Shown here piece by piece: positions 51,198 to 60,735 of a DNA stretch of 64,000 bases. Source of the DNA: a virus; the IMG/VR virus record IMGVR_UViG_3300023179_000038, positions 46,678 to 110,677 of that record, one strand, 5' to 3'. A program made the position numbers and the translations under genes. The notes beneath the pieces are model-generated. The model was given only the letters and a program-made list of their open reading frames with translations. It made no database searches and was not told the DNA's origin. How positions within the stretch are numbered: position 1 is the first letter of the stretch; each line of letters opens with the position of its first letter.

Positions 51198-51437
51198 TTA
51201 TAGCCCCAACGCCCTTAAATCATCTTCTGTAATTCCAAGTTCAGCAAACTTTGATTTAGCAATTTCTTTTTTAATTTCATTTTCTCTAATCTCTTGTTCT
51301 TTTATTTCGGCTTCGGCTTTTGCATTTGCTATTTTTTCATCTTCTATACGATTTATTTCTATTTCTTCTGGTGTTAAATCTACTTCAAATATTTCACCAG
51401 TTTCACAATTTACAACTGTTTTTTTGTATGTATTCAT
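51198..51437 (-). CDS. Putative tail fibre chaperone
   Basis: VNCETGE..LTPEE..AKSK.AELGITEDD; follows fibre gene. Confidence 0.55.
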   Translation of the reverse strand: MNTYKKTVVNCETGEIFEVDLTPEEIEINRIEDEKIANAKAEAEIKEQEIRENEIKKEIAKSKFAELGITEDDLRALGL

Positions 51438-52513
51438 TATTTGACTCCATATAACAGAACTTGACCTGAATTATAATTAACATTTTGGTCAAGGTATAAA
51501 GTGATACTTGTAATAGCGTTGGTACTTGCGTAACCTCCCCAAGAACCTACTGCCGTTTTAGTACCGCCAGATTGTTCAAAGTATCCAAAATTAGTAATTG
51601 CTTTAAAATAACTGCTACTTGCATAATTATATATTGTGACAACAAAAGTATTGTTGTTGCTACTATTTGATATATTATATCCAGCCGATAGGTTAAGTGA
51701 ACCAGCAGTTGTAGTATTAGAATTGTTTGAGCCACCACTATTTTGTCTGTTATCGGTCGTTACTTTATCAGTGTCGCCATTTGGTCTTAAAAAAATTTGA
51801 GTATTATAGGTAGGGAAATTGGCGCCGTTAATAACTAATACTAAATTATTATAAGCACCAGGAATTGAAGTTATATCAGTTTGCCTGTTTGATAAAGTGG
51901 TTGTACTAATCAAAGTCATACCACCACTAGAAGCATCAGCCCATTCAGGAGCGGTAGCCCCAGAATTAACTTTCAATACTTGACCAGCAGTTCCAATTGG
52001 TAAAACACTTACAGTATCATTACTAGTACCGTAAAGTATATCGCCAGCATTATTTACTACACTTTGTATATCATCTATAATGTCCCAAGAAGAACTTCCT
52101 TCATTGTAAATATATGCACGACGTGGAGAAGAATCTTTGTCAACCCACACCAAACCATCAACTAAGTCTTCTGTTGGTGCCTCATTTTGATAAATTGCAG
52201 TAGCATATGTGGTTGTGATTGGTGAACCACTTGAATCTGATGCCATTGCAATATATCCATCTTGTGGATTTGTTAATGATCCTATTTGTGCAATGGTTAA
52301 AAAATCAGATCCTATTCCTATGGTTTCTATTGAGGTTACTTGATCTTGTAAATCTTTTAGGTGTCCTGCTAAAGAATCTTCTAAAATATCATCTTCTTGA
52401 GTAGGAACGGTTGTTGTTCCATAATGAAATAATTTTAATGCTGCTTGAATATCCGCTGCTTCAGCATAAGATGGAATTTTTGTCTTATAAATATTACCAA
52501 TATCTTCAGCCAT
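51437..52513 (-). CDS. Tail fibre-like protein
   Basis: GDILY..LPIGTAGQVLKV..PEW; GGMTLISTTTL..ITSI..LYGVK. Confidence 0.7.
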   Translation of the reverse strand: MAEDIGNIYKTKIPSYAEAADIQAALKLFHYGTTTVPTQEDDILEDSLAGHLKDLQDQVTSIETIGIGSDFLTIAQIGSLTNPQDGYIAMASDSSGSPITTTYATAIYQNEAPTEDLVDGLVWVDKDSSPRRAYIYNEGSSSWDIIDDIQSVVNNAGDILYGTSNDTVSVLPIGTAGQVLKVNSGATAPEWADASSGGMTLISTTTLSNRQTDITSIPGAYNNLVLVINGANFPTYNTQIFLRPNGDTDKVTTDNRQNSGGSNNSNTTTAGSLNLSAGYNISNSSNNNTFVVTIYNYASSSYFKAITNFGYFEQSGGTKTAVGSWGGYASTNAITSITLYLDQNVNYNSGQVLLYGVK

Positions 52514-52532
52514 TATTAATCACCATTTTAGA

Positions 52533-53111
52533 TTATACCATAGAAATGAACAAATGTATGGTTCTTTGACCAGAAGGATTTACCCATTCTCCTTCAATTA
52601 ATTCACTAGCAAATATAGTTATTGGCAAAGTTTCAGATCCTGTTCCTCCAGATATATCGTCAACAGAAATCGAAGATGCTATGGGATTTGTTCCACTAAT
52701 GGAATATTGAACATTAAAGTTGTTAGAAGTGACTGAACCTATAAGTTCAAAAGGTATTAGGTTAATAAGAGGAATGTTTATATCTGTAGAATTAGACACA
52801 AATGCTTTATCTGTATTGAAAGAATATACGTTTGGTAGTAATGAAAGTATTTGTTGCCATTGAGTTCCCCCAGGAATTTGAACCAATTGATATATTGTTG
52901 CAAATCCATCATGAGACTGCTGAACATTTAAATAAAAATCATATACTTGTGCATCTAATTCTATTGTGGTTGTAGATGTTGGTTCTCCGTTTCCAGCAAA
53001 AAATAAACTTCCACGATCACCTTTAGGACCATAATCAACTTCAACGTTTATAGTTTCTGGTCCTCCTAAAACTAAAAGTTCATCCGTAGAAACTAAGACC
53101 TCTGTTGTCAT
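52533..53111 (-). CDS. Virion structural protein
   Basis: GPKGDRGS; located in structural cluster; probable start MTTEV. Confidence 0.5.
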   Translation of the reverse strand: MTTEVLVSTDELLVLGGPETINVEVDYGPKGDRGSLFFAGNGEPTSTTTIELDAQVYDFYLNVQQSHDGFATIYQLVQIPGGTQWQQILSLLPNVYSFNTDKAFVSNSTDINIPLINLIPFELIGSVTSNNFNVQYSISGTNPIASSISVDDISGGTGSETLPITIFASELIEGEWVNPSGQRTIHLFISMV

Positions 53112-53112
53112 T

Positions 53113-53526
53113 TTATGCCAATCCAACAACGCTTGTAACTTGATCAGTTACAGAAATATTTCCAGTTAATAGTGTTAGTACCATTGGATAGTCTGTTCCT
53201 GGTTTTGTTACTTGAACATCATAAACATAGGTTTTTGTTGGATCTAAATATGAAGAATCTTCTGGCCTAATTGTGCAGGTAACATAATTTCCATTATCAG
53301 AAATTTTTGCTAAACATTTATGATATCCAGTTGCTGAGTTTCCACCTCTTGTTTCTGCAAAAGCAAAAATTGCAGTATCCCATTGATCGGTGTTTGGATT
53401 AGAGTCGTGGTCGTATCTATACTCGGAAAGATCAAAGGTGTTGCCAGAACTGTCTTTAGGGTATATCCTAAACTGATAAGTATCACCCTTATAATAACTA
53501 ATGTTGTATGTGCCTGGAAATGACAT
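53113..53526 (-). CDS. BppU-N-like adaptor protein
   Basis: YKGDTYQF...YVYDVQV..TLLTGNISVTDQVT. Confidence 0.6.
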   Translation of the reverse strand: MSFPGTYNISYYKGDTYQFRIYPKDSSGNTFDLSEYRYDHDSNPNTDQWDTAIFAFAETRGGNSATGYHKCLAKISDNGNYVTCTIRPEDSSYLDPTKTYVYDVQVTKPGTDYPMVLTLLTGNISVTDQVTSVVGLA

Positions 53527-53542
53527 AGTTCCTCCTGCTTTA

Positions 53543-54259
53543 TTATATCACAGAGATGTAAATGCTATTCATTCTTACAAGACTATCAAAATCAGTTCTT
53601 ATTTGTGGTACACCAGAAGAATTTTTTATTTTTTCATTTTCTATAAAAAAGTCTTGAGTTACATTAATATTATAGTCGTATTGATACTTTAAAGAAGCCA
53701 CAAACTGAGACATATCTTGTAAATTTTTTGATAAATAGGTTCTTATCCAAACCTCTGTATTATTATTTAAGGTAGTAATGTCAAAATTATATGAAATAAA
53801 AACATGACTTCCTTCTTTTAAACCCTTTAAATTAATTGTTCTAGATTCAGAATTCCAAAAACTAACAGCCCCTTTTGGCAAATATAGTTCATTGGAGGAA
53901 TCTTTATTAGATTCAACAAAGACACTAACCCATCCATCATCACCTTTAGTAATACCAGTTTTTATCTGTTTTTTATTTGTATTGTAATAAGATGCCCAAC
54001 CTGGCTGTTGACCAGAAGAAGACAGTGAACTCTCGCCATCTTTTCCTTTAGGCCCAACACTTCCAGTCTCTCCCTTATCCCCCTTTTCTCCACGCTCACC
54101 TTTTTCCCCCTTATCCCCCTTTGGCCCTTGGGGTCCTTCTGGGCCTTGTGGTCCTAAAACTGGAACATAGTTTGTTGATAAATCTGGATAAGACTGAGCA
54201 ACTTGATCTGCATATTTGTTTTTTTTATTAGGGAAATCCATAGATTTAGAAACAGCCAT
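53543..54259 (-). CDS. Collagen-like (GXY) repeat protein
   Basis: GPQGPEGPQGPKGDKGEKGERGEKGDKGETG. Confidence 0.8.
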   Translation of the reverse strand: MAVSKSMDFPNKKNKYADQVAQSYPDLSTNYVPVLGPQGPEGPQGPKGDKGEKGERGEKGDKGETGSVGPKGKDGESSLSSSGQQPGWASYYNTNKKQIKTGITKGDDGWVSVFVESNKDSSNELYLPKGAVSFWNSESRTINLKGLKEGSHVFISYNFDITTLNNNTEVWIRTYLSKNLQDMSQFVASLKYQYDYNINVTQDFFIENEKIKNSSGVPQIRTDFDSLVRMNSIYISVI

Positions 54260-54398
54260 AACTACATTATCTCACGATATTTAGTTTGTTATAGTTGTAA
54301 GTACATGCTGTGTCATTTGCTCACCTTAAAAATTTTATTTTTTATTTTAATAACTGATGGTAATTCTGGTCGTGGGGTTGAAACTTTAACTACTGACA

Positions 54399-54779
54399 TT
54401 ATAAACTCCCTGTAACATCACCGATAACAGATATAGTTCCTATTACGGGAGTCCAAATTGTATTTTCATCAATTGCAACCTGAAGATCAAATGTTAACTC
54501 TGTAACAATCGACTTGTAACCAGTGCCCCATAATTCAGTAATAGATGAAGGAGCCAAAATGTCAACATATCCATTGCCTGCGGTAACTTCTAGTTCATCT
54601 AGAGCATCTGACTGAGGATCGTAAGTGGTTGCTTGATATGTCCAATCGGATGTGTTAAAGTAAGTGATTTCATCATCTTCTAAAAACTCTACACGTAGCG
54701 GAGATGTGTCACCTCTAACAATTTGCCATTTAATTCTAACTGGATCTGCTCCAAAAGTCTCGGGTCCGCATAGTGTCAT
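54399..54779 (-). CDS. BppU-N-like adaptor protein
   Basis: IVRGDTSPL..FDLQV..WTPVIGTISVIGDVT. Confidence 0.55.
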   Translation of the reverse strand: MTLCGPETFGADPVRIKWQIVRGDTSPLRVEFLEDDEITYFNTSDWTYQATTYDPQSDALDELEVTAGNGYVDILAPSSITELWGTGYKSIVTELTFDLQVAIDENTIWTPVIGTISVIGDVTGSL

Positions 54780-54976
54780 AATCATTGATTATACCATAAA
54801 ATAAAATTAATAATTAAACAATATTTTATCTTTGTATTTTGTTTTGTGGTATAGTAGTTATAGGGTTTGTGGGGACTTTGCACTAGAGATGCATTCTTAC
54901 TTCCACCATTAGATGTAACAAAAAATCTATGGGGGGAGGGGGGGACTTTCCCTCAGAGATACTACTTATAAAATAA

Positions 54977-55258
54977 TTATCTTTTACTAATATAATCTAA
55001 TAATATTTGATACATGCTGTCTATTTTTCTATTAAGTTCATTTTGTTCTTTTTCTTCTCTTATCATGTGATCTTTTAACAATAAAACATCGTTTTCTAAT
55101 CTAGAAATTGCGTCTTTCATCGAGTTTCCGCCATTGGGTTTAAACTCTGCTTTTATTTCATCAAAATAATGTTTTGTTAACCACTTGATTCCGCCAGACA
55201 ACAATGCTATAATAGAAAGTATTGTGAGAATTAAACCTGCAAAATCAAAATATGTCAT
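54977..55258 (-). CDS. Single-TM membrane protein, holin-like candidate
   Basis: N-terminal TM, PNGGNSMKDAISRLE, coiled-coil C-terminus. Confidence 0.55.
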   Translation of the reverse strand: MTYFDFAGLILTILSIIALLSGGIKWLTKHYFDEIKAEFKPNGGNSMKDAISRLENDVLLLKDHMIREEKEQNELNRKIDSMYQILLDYISKR

Positions 55259-55289
55259 TATTGGTTAAGTATAACAGTGTTTTTAAAAA

Positions 55290-56057
55290 ATGAAAACTAA
55301 AATACTTTCAACGTTAGAGCATTCTAAAAAGTTAATAATTTCGCCAGATATGGATGGTTTTATGTCGGCGCAGTTATTAAATAGATATAATGGTTCTAAG
55401 ATAGTTGGGACCTACGATAAAAATATTTTATGTCTTGCAGACAATATTAGTCCTAGGGATTGTCTTTTTGTAGATTGCGATATAAATCATCCAGATTATG
55501 TTTCTATTGGCAATCATATGCGACTACTACAGGACAATATGTCTAACAAAAGTTTTAATCCAAATGTTCATTTCAACATAACAAGATACTTTGACAAATT
55601 CCCATTTGCAACCGCATTTTTGATTGCATTTGCTACAGAGATTGACACATCGACAAATGATATAGAACGCATGGCCTATGCTGATTCCACATTAAGGAAT
55701 ATGGAGTCTTACAGCAACAACATGCGAACATGGTCTAATAGGATGAAATGTCCATCTGTTGACTATATAATAGAAAATACAGATATTGCAAAAGATACAG
55801 ATAATAAAATTAGACAGATATACACAACACAATCTTTTACATCTAAAAAATACGGTAAAAAAAGATATATAGAAACCCTAAACCAACAATTTAAAAAGGA
55901 GGGGATTGAGCATGAAGAGATTACCCACGGATATAAGTATTTATCGGACAAGGTTGGTTTAACCACTATGAAGAAGTATATGTGTGATATTTTCTCATAT
56001 GCTGAGATTTTTTCAGGAGAGTATTCAGTTACATATTATGATACTATAGATTGGTGA
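55290..56057 (+). CDS. DHH-like phosphoesterase
   Basis: SPDMDGFMSA (DxDG), FVDCD, GNH, YADS. Confidence 0.55.
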   Translation: MKTKILSTLEHSKKLIISPDMDGFMSAQLLNRYNGSKIVGTYDKNILCLADNISPRDCLFVDCDINHPDYVSIGNHMRLLQDNMSNKSFNPNVHFNITRYFDKFPFATAFLIAFATEIDTSTNDIERMAYADSTLRNMESYSNNMRTWSNRMKCPSVDYIIENTDIAKDTDNKIRQIYTTQSFTSKKYGKKRYIETLNQQFKKEGIEHEEITHGYKYLSDKVGLTTMKKYMCDIFSYAEIFSGEYSVTYYDTIDW

Positions 56058-56254
56058 TAGATGATGTTAAGTTTTCAGATTTATTTAATCCTTCTCAGCC
56101 AAGAAGTGATAGGGAGTTAATTGAATACCGTCTGAAAATTTGTAATGGTTGTGCAAGTTTTAATAAAAGACTTGCAAAATGTAAAAAATGTGGTTGTTTC
56201 ATGAAATTAAAAACAACATTAAAACTAGCGAAATGTCCAATAGGGAAATGGTGA
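56051..56254 (+). CDS. Small Cys-rich protein (paralog of 49047-49289)
   Basis: RLKICNGC..CKKCGCFMKLKT.L..AKCPIGKW. Confidence 0.7.
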   Translation: MVIDDVKFSDLFNPSQPRSDRELIEYRLKICNGCASFNKRLAKCKKCGCFMKLKTTLKLAKCPIGKW

Positions 56255-56259
56255 GTAAT

Positions 56260-56445
56260 ATGAATAGAGAAGAAGTAATTGAACTAATGACTGAAACAAT
56301 TTTAAATTTAAACATTGGTTTGGCACGTCAAAATAATATGCCTGAAGATCAAATTGATAAAATGGTAGAAAATGCCAAACCTCAATTTAGAGTAGTTAAT
56401 GGTATTTTATATGATGTGCTAAAAGAGAATGGTGCTTTTAATTAA
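56260..56445 (+). CDS. Hypothetical protein
   Basis: Probable start MNREEVIE. Confidence 0.5.
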   Translation: MNREEVIELMTETILNLNIGLARQNNMPEDQIDKMVENAKPQFRVVNGILYDVLKENGAFN

Positions 56446-56983
56446 TTACAAAGACATTGGTCACAGCATTTGTCTTGAAAAATTTTTAATGCCAAACCAT
56501 CATTAATAATAGGTTCGTCTTCTTGTAATCTTGCTATCTCTGTTTCAAAACCTTTAGGGGTTTGTCTACTCCATGATTCTGTATGTCTAGATTCCATGTT
56601 CCTCCATGTATTTTAGACGTTCCATTAATTTATGATGTTCTGGATCTTCAAGCATTTCTTTAATAGCGTCTGTAACTTTTTTACTTGGTTTACCGTCGTC
56701 TGGTCTACCTAAATCTTCCCAAAATTTTTCTCTACCTATAGAGTCTGTTTCTTTTATTTGATTTGACTCAAACTCAAAAGATGATGCAATCATTTGCAAG
56801 AAGAACAAAAATTATTTGCTCTTAGATTTTCTTTAGTAACCCAAATAACCTTGCCACAGTGGTAGCAAGATTTCATAGAGTAATTTTTTTCTCTACGGTC
56901 TTTACGAATTTCTAGTCCTAGTAAGTGCATAAATATATTCTAGCATACTTGATCTACTCTGTCAAATAGTGTATACTGGTTAT

Positions 56984-57205
56984 ATGGAAAATCCTTATAT
57001 GGAAAATAAATTAAGATGGCTTGCTGCAGAAAAAAATATGTCAGACCTAATTGCTGCTTCAGGAGCGTTTAACTTAGATGAGGCTCTTGTTGCTGTTGCC
57101 AAACTACATTTTCCACAAGGCACATCAGGTAACAGATGCAAAGAAGATAAAAAACCTTGGCCTTGTCCAACCATTATGGCCATTGAAAAAGAATTGACAA
57201 AATGA
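56984..57205 (+). CDS. Hypothetical protein, probably leaderless
   Basis: TATACT 6 nt before ATG at 56984; C..D..PWPCPT motif. Confidence 0.55.
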   Translation: MENPYMENKLRWLAAEKNMSDLIAASGAFNLDEALVAVAKLHFPQGTSGNRCKEDKKPWPCPTIMAIEKELTK

Positions 57206-57365
57206 TAACTGATAATTTAACTTGGGAAGAAGAAGACCAAAACCTTTGGAAAGGTTGGACCTACAGCCTTTCAAAAAACAGATATTATTTTGATGATATA
57301 GGAAATGAATCTTTAGCAGAATTCTGGAATGATCCATTTTTAAACCAAGCATATGAGGAGAGATT

Positions 57366-57755
57366 ATGATATTTCACAAGCATTTACTTATTAACGCTAA
57401 GGTAAAGGATCCAATTAATAGTGAAGATCAAGGTGTTGATTTTCTTACCCGCTTAGTTGATCGTATAGATATGAAGATTATCAAAGGACCTTTTGCGTCT
57501 TATGTTGACAAACCAGGCAATCGTGGACTTACGGCTATAGTAATGATTGAGACTAGTCATATTGCTTTTCATATATGGGATGAGATAGATCCGTCATTAG
57601 TTCAGTTTGATTTATATACCTGCGGAAAATTAAATCTTGCTCAGGTTCTTCTTGCTTTTGGAGAGACCTTTAATATTATAAATATTGACTATCAATTATT
57701 CGATAGAGAAAACGGATTTGTATTAGAAGATAAAGGCTCTTGGCCAGAAATCTGA
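57366..57755 (+). CDS. speD: S-adenosylmethionine decarboxylase proenzyme
   Basis: HLLI, GLTAIVMIETSHIAFHIW (self-cleavage at SH), DLYTCG. Confidence 0.85.
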   Translation: MIFHKHLLINAKVKDPINSEDQGVDFLTRLVDRIDMKIIKGPFASYVDKPGNRGLTAIVMIETSHIAFHIWDEIDPSLVQFDLYTCGKLNLAQVLLAFGETFNIINIDYQLFDRENGFVLEDKGSWPEI

Positions 57756-58437
57756 AAAAATTTTTAAAAAGCGTTTTCATAAAAATCTGAATATTTTTCT
57801 CAAATGTATGATACAGGTTTAAAAAAATAAAATAAAAAAAATATAGTGAGCACACTACTTAGAGTAGTGGGCCCTATCATAATTTGCAAGGGTGCCACCA
57901 TTTTCTAGGTGGGCCTTGCGTCTTAATTGCTCAGCAGAATACTCAGCCATTTATTTATATTTTCTCATCACTCTAATAGAATAAATCAATCCTATAGTAG
58001 CAACGAGCAACCATGTAGGCAATTCTATTGCTACACCATTTGGATATAGGTTGTTAATATAAAATGCTATATATTCTAAATCTGCGTAGAACTCCATTTT
58101 ATTCCTTGTCCTCTCCGAACATTTCTACTAACACCTTGTTAGCATTTTGTAAAGCCTCTATGGCTTCGTTAATCTTATCAGCGTTAGTCATAGTTAGTTT
58201 CCTATCTTAGCAGACATAACCCAACGGCTTTCGTTAGGTGAAAGGTATTTGTGAGAGATAACTCCTTGAGATGATACCAACATCTCTAGGTATGCCTTTC
58301 GGCTCATGTAGTTTCCTACTGTATTGCGAAACAAATTGTTATCGCCTGTATTAGATGAAGCCATAACATGGTTAGGCTCTAGTACTATTGTATTTAGTGA
58401 AGTCATTTTAACTTCCTTTCTTTTTTCTATACCCGCT

Positions 58438-58459
58438 AGTCTAGCAGGGGGGTCTGACA
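58438..58459 (-). promoter_or_regulatory. PafBC/RecA-NDp-type promoter
   Basis: TGTCAG-N10-TAGACT on minus strand. Confidence 0.7.
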
Positions 58460-58487
58460 TTTTGGGGTCTTATTTGCTTAGGCTCAC

Positions 58488-58503
58488 TGTGATTTGTATC
58501 ACA
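58488..58503. promoter_or_regulatory. CRP-family-like site (perfect)
   Basis: TGTGA-TTTGTA-TCACA. Confidence 0.7.
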
Positions 58504-58783
58504 TTTATTTGCTAAGGCTCATACCCTAAACTTTCTATATTTAATTTGATACTGGTATCCTATCATAGATAATCCTAAAAGTCAAGAGCAGACACGGCGT
58601 GTCGCATGTGATTTATACCACAAGACAATTGGTGCAAATCGGACATGACCTCGGCGCTAACGGCGTGTCGTCCACATGATATAAATCACACCCTTATGTT
58701 ACGCTTAAGTTATCCACATGACGTACATCACATCAGCGAATTGTCTGCTATGTCCGTTTTGTTATATCTACTGGCTAGTAGAA

Positions 58784-58805
58784 TGTCAGTGGTAGGTGTT
58801 AGAAT
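58784..58805 (+). promoter_or_regulatory. PafBC/RecA-NDp-type promoter
   Basis: TGTCAGTG...: TGTCAG-N10-TAGAAT. Confidence 0.72.
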
Positions 58806-58856
58806 ACTAGTATAAAGATTGAAAAAGAAGTAAATCTCTTAAAGAAAGGAATTCAA

Positions 58857-59368
58857 ATGAATTCACTACTAAATAAAAAGTGTGCTAAACACTTACCAAA
58901 TAAGTTAGCGATATCATTGGTAAATGATATAAAATATACCTTCTGTGAAAATTGTGAGCAGAATATTTATTCTCACTATATTGAGGATAGCGAATTGCTA
59001 TCTTATTGGTCTTCATGGAAGGTAGGTAAGTAATATGGAAAAACTTATTTGCTGTTTTTGTGAAAGTGTTTCATCTAGTGAAGCAAAGTTTTGTTTCTCA
59101 TGTAATGAATATAAAGGCTTAATGCCAATATCTAAATTTGATAATCTCTACGGAAGGAGATAAATAAATGATAACTAAAAAATGTATATCATGTAATGGT
59201 ACCGCTATGGTATCTAAAGTTTCTATCCCTGCTATTTGCGATAATTGTATCGCTAAGAATTGGAGTAAATAAATGATAACTCTTAATTGTCGTCTATGTG
59301 ATGAAAAAGTTTCTAGCAATTTATTTGATGAGCAAGATATAATTACTTGCTCAAATTGTTGGGAATAA
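58857..59368 (+). CDS. Four consecutive Cys-rich microprotein ORFs (58857-59033, 59035-59163, 59168-59272, 59273-59368)
   Basis: Manual translation; tightly packed with RBS-like motifs and CxxC pairs. Confidence 0.65.
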
Positions 59369-59735
59369 AAAAATGCTTAACGAAATAAAAAATAAAGTAA
59401 TTCGTATTCAAGAGTTGCGTCGTAGTAATGCTGCGACAGCAATTCCAAATAAAAAAAAATATACTAGAAAGGTAAAACATAAAAATGGAAAAACAAAATA
59501 AAGATATTTTTAATTTTGAAAAAGCAATTCAATTAGATCACTTAACAAAAGATGAATTAGAATTAGTAGAAAATATTTTAAAAGATTTTAAATAAATTCT
59601 GCTAAAAAAATCCCGAGGCGTTTTGTCCCAAATGTCCGTTTACGTACGATGTGTTTAAGATCACAGAAATCTTGTGGCGTAAATCACACCGCTGAGCGTC
59701 TTACTATTTAAGACTACTCGTGGGTAATTTGTAAA

Positions 59736-59757
59736 TGTCTGCTAATTTTGGTAAACT
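59736..59757 (+). promoter_or_regulatory. PafBC/RecA-NDp-type promoter
   Basis: TGTCTG-N10-TAAACT. Confidence 0.6.
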
Positions 59758-59795
59758 TACAGAGTAATAAAAATAAAGAAAGGAAGTGGCTATAA

Positions 59796-59996
59796 ATGGC
59801 TAACTTATACACAATAGAAAACCTGCTAGAAGGTAAAGAGTATAATTCACGCTCTCTAAATGGTGAAATAATAAACGCAGAAAAAACAGACCATTGGTTT
59901 GGTAATGGAAAAGAAGCGTATCGTGTTCTAATCAGAACGCCTTATTCTTATAAAGACCACTATCGCATAATAGCGGTAAAAGTAGGTGATGAATAA
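59796..59996 (+). CDS. Hypothetical early protein
   Basis: ORF after GAAAGGA RBS. Confidence 0.65.
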   Translation: MANLYTIENLLEGKEYNSRSLNGEIINAEKTDHWFGNGKEAYRVLIRTPYSYKDHYRIIAVKVGDE

Positions 59997-60113
59997 TGGG
60001 ATATATTGAAATCTTTCGCCTTGATGAGCAGGGCGCTGGCTGGGTTGACCTTTCTGAGGCTACCCCTCAAGAATTGCTAGACCTTGAAATAGGCTTATTT
60101 CAGGAAGGGGCTT

Positions 60114-60129
60114 TGTGAGATAAATCACA
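60114..60129. promoter_or_regulatory. CRP-family-like site (perfect)
   Basis: TGTGA-GATAAA-TCACA. Confidence 0.7.
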
Positions 60130-60157
60130 AGGCAACACACCCCTAGCAGGTAGAAAA

Positions 60158-60179
60158 TGTCAGGGGTTTTTGATAGGAT
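60158..60179 (+). promoter_or_regulatory. PafBC/RecA-NDp-type promoter
   Basis: TGTCAG-N10-TAGGAT. Confidence 0.7.
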
Positions 60180-60213
60180 AGTCTTATCAAACAATAAAGA
60201 AAGGTAATCAGAA

Positions 60214-60399
60214 ATGACTTATACTGTAAAACTAGAAACCTATAATGGTGCTGTAAAAAATATCAACCTACCTTCTAAAGGTGCTGTTGCTCAATTCATA
60301 AACACTTACCCAAACCAACTACCTGTTGGCGTATCTGTTAAATTAAATTGTGATGTGCTTGGTATTAGTGGCACACTACGAGGAAAGGCGTTAGCATAA
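60214..60399 (+). CDS. Hypothetical early protein
   Basis: ORF after GAAAGG RBS. Confidence 0.65.
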   Translation: MTYTVKLETYNGAVKNINLPSKGAVAQFINTYPNQLPVGVSVKLNCDVLGISGTLRGKALA

Positions 60400-60529
60400 T
60401 GATAAATTCTGTAATGTCTTTTGATTGTAATGAGTGTAATGGTAAAGGTTTAATCTTTTGGGGAGATAACCTTGACTACAATGTAGAAAAATGCGAGTGC
60501 GATAATTTTGCGTTAGGAAATTTATTCTA

Positions 60530-60733
60530 ATGAAAACAATTAAACACTCTCTACACTTTGTAACTGAGTTAGATGAAACTAATCCAACTGCTAAACAATT
60601 ATTAGACTTACCTGCTGATGAGCAAATAATGCTTTTAGAGGGTATGCTTAAAGAATTAGTTGCCCCTAAGTTATCTAAAACAATTAAAGAGTTAAACGAA
60701 AATAATTCTTTTGCAACTCTAAGGTTGGCTTAA
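60530..60733 (+). CDS. Hypothetical early protein
   Basis: Coupled ORF. Confidence 0.6.
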   Translation: MKTIKHSLHFVTELDETNPTAKQLLDLPADEQIMLLEGMLKELVAPKLSKTIKELNENNSFATLRLA

Positions 60734-60735
60734 TA

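Noticed and set aside
630-54415. Many plus-strand ORFs in the track antisense to long genes (e.g. 1211, 12891, 16773, 36014, 42239)
   Set aside because: Shadow ORFs with no RBS or motifs, fully overlapping well-supported minus-strand genes
57853-57869. CACTACT/AGTAGTG hairpin as an operator
   Set aside because: Overlaps the end of a small minus-strand ORF (MAEYSAEQLRRK...); no independent support
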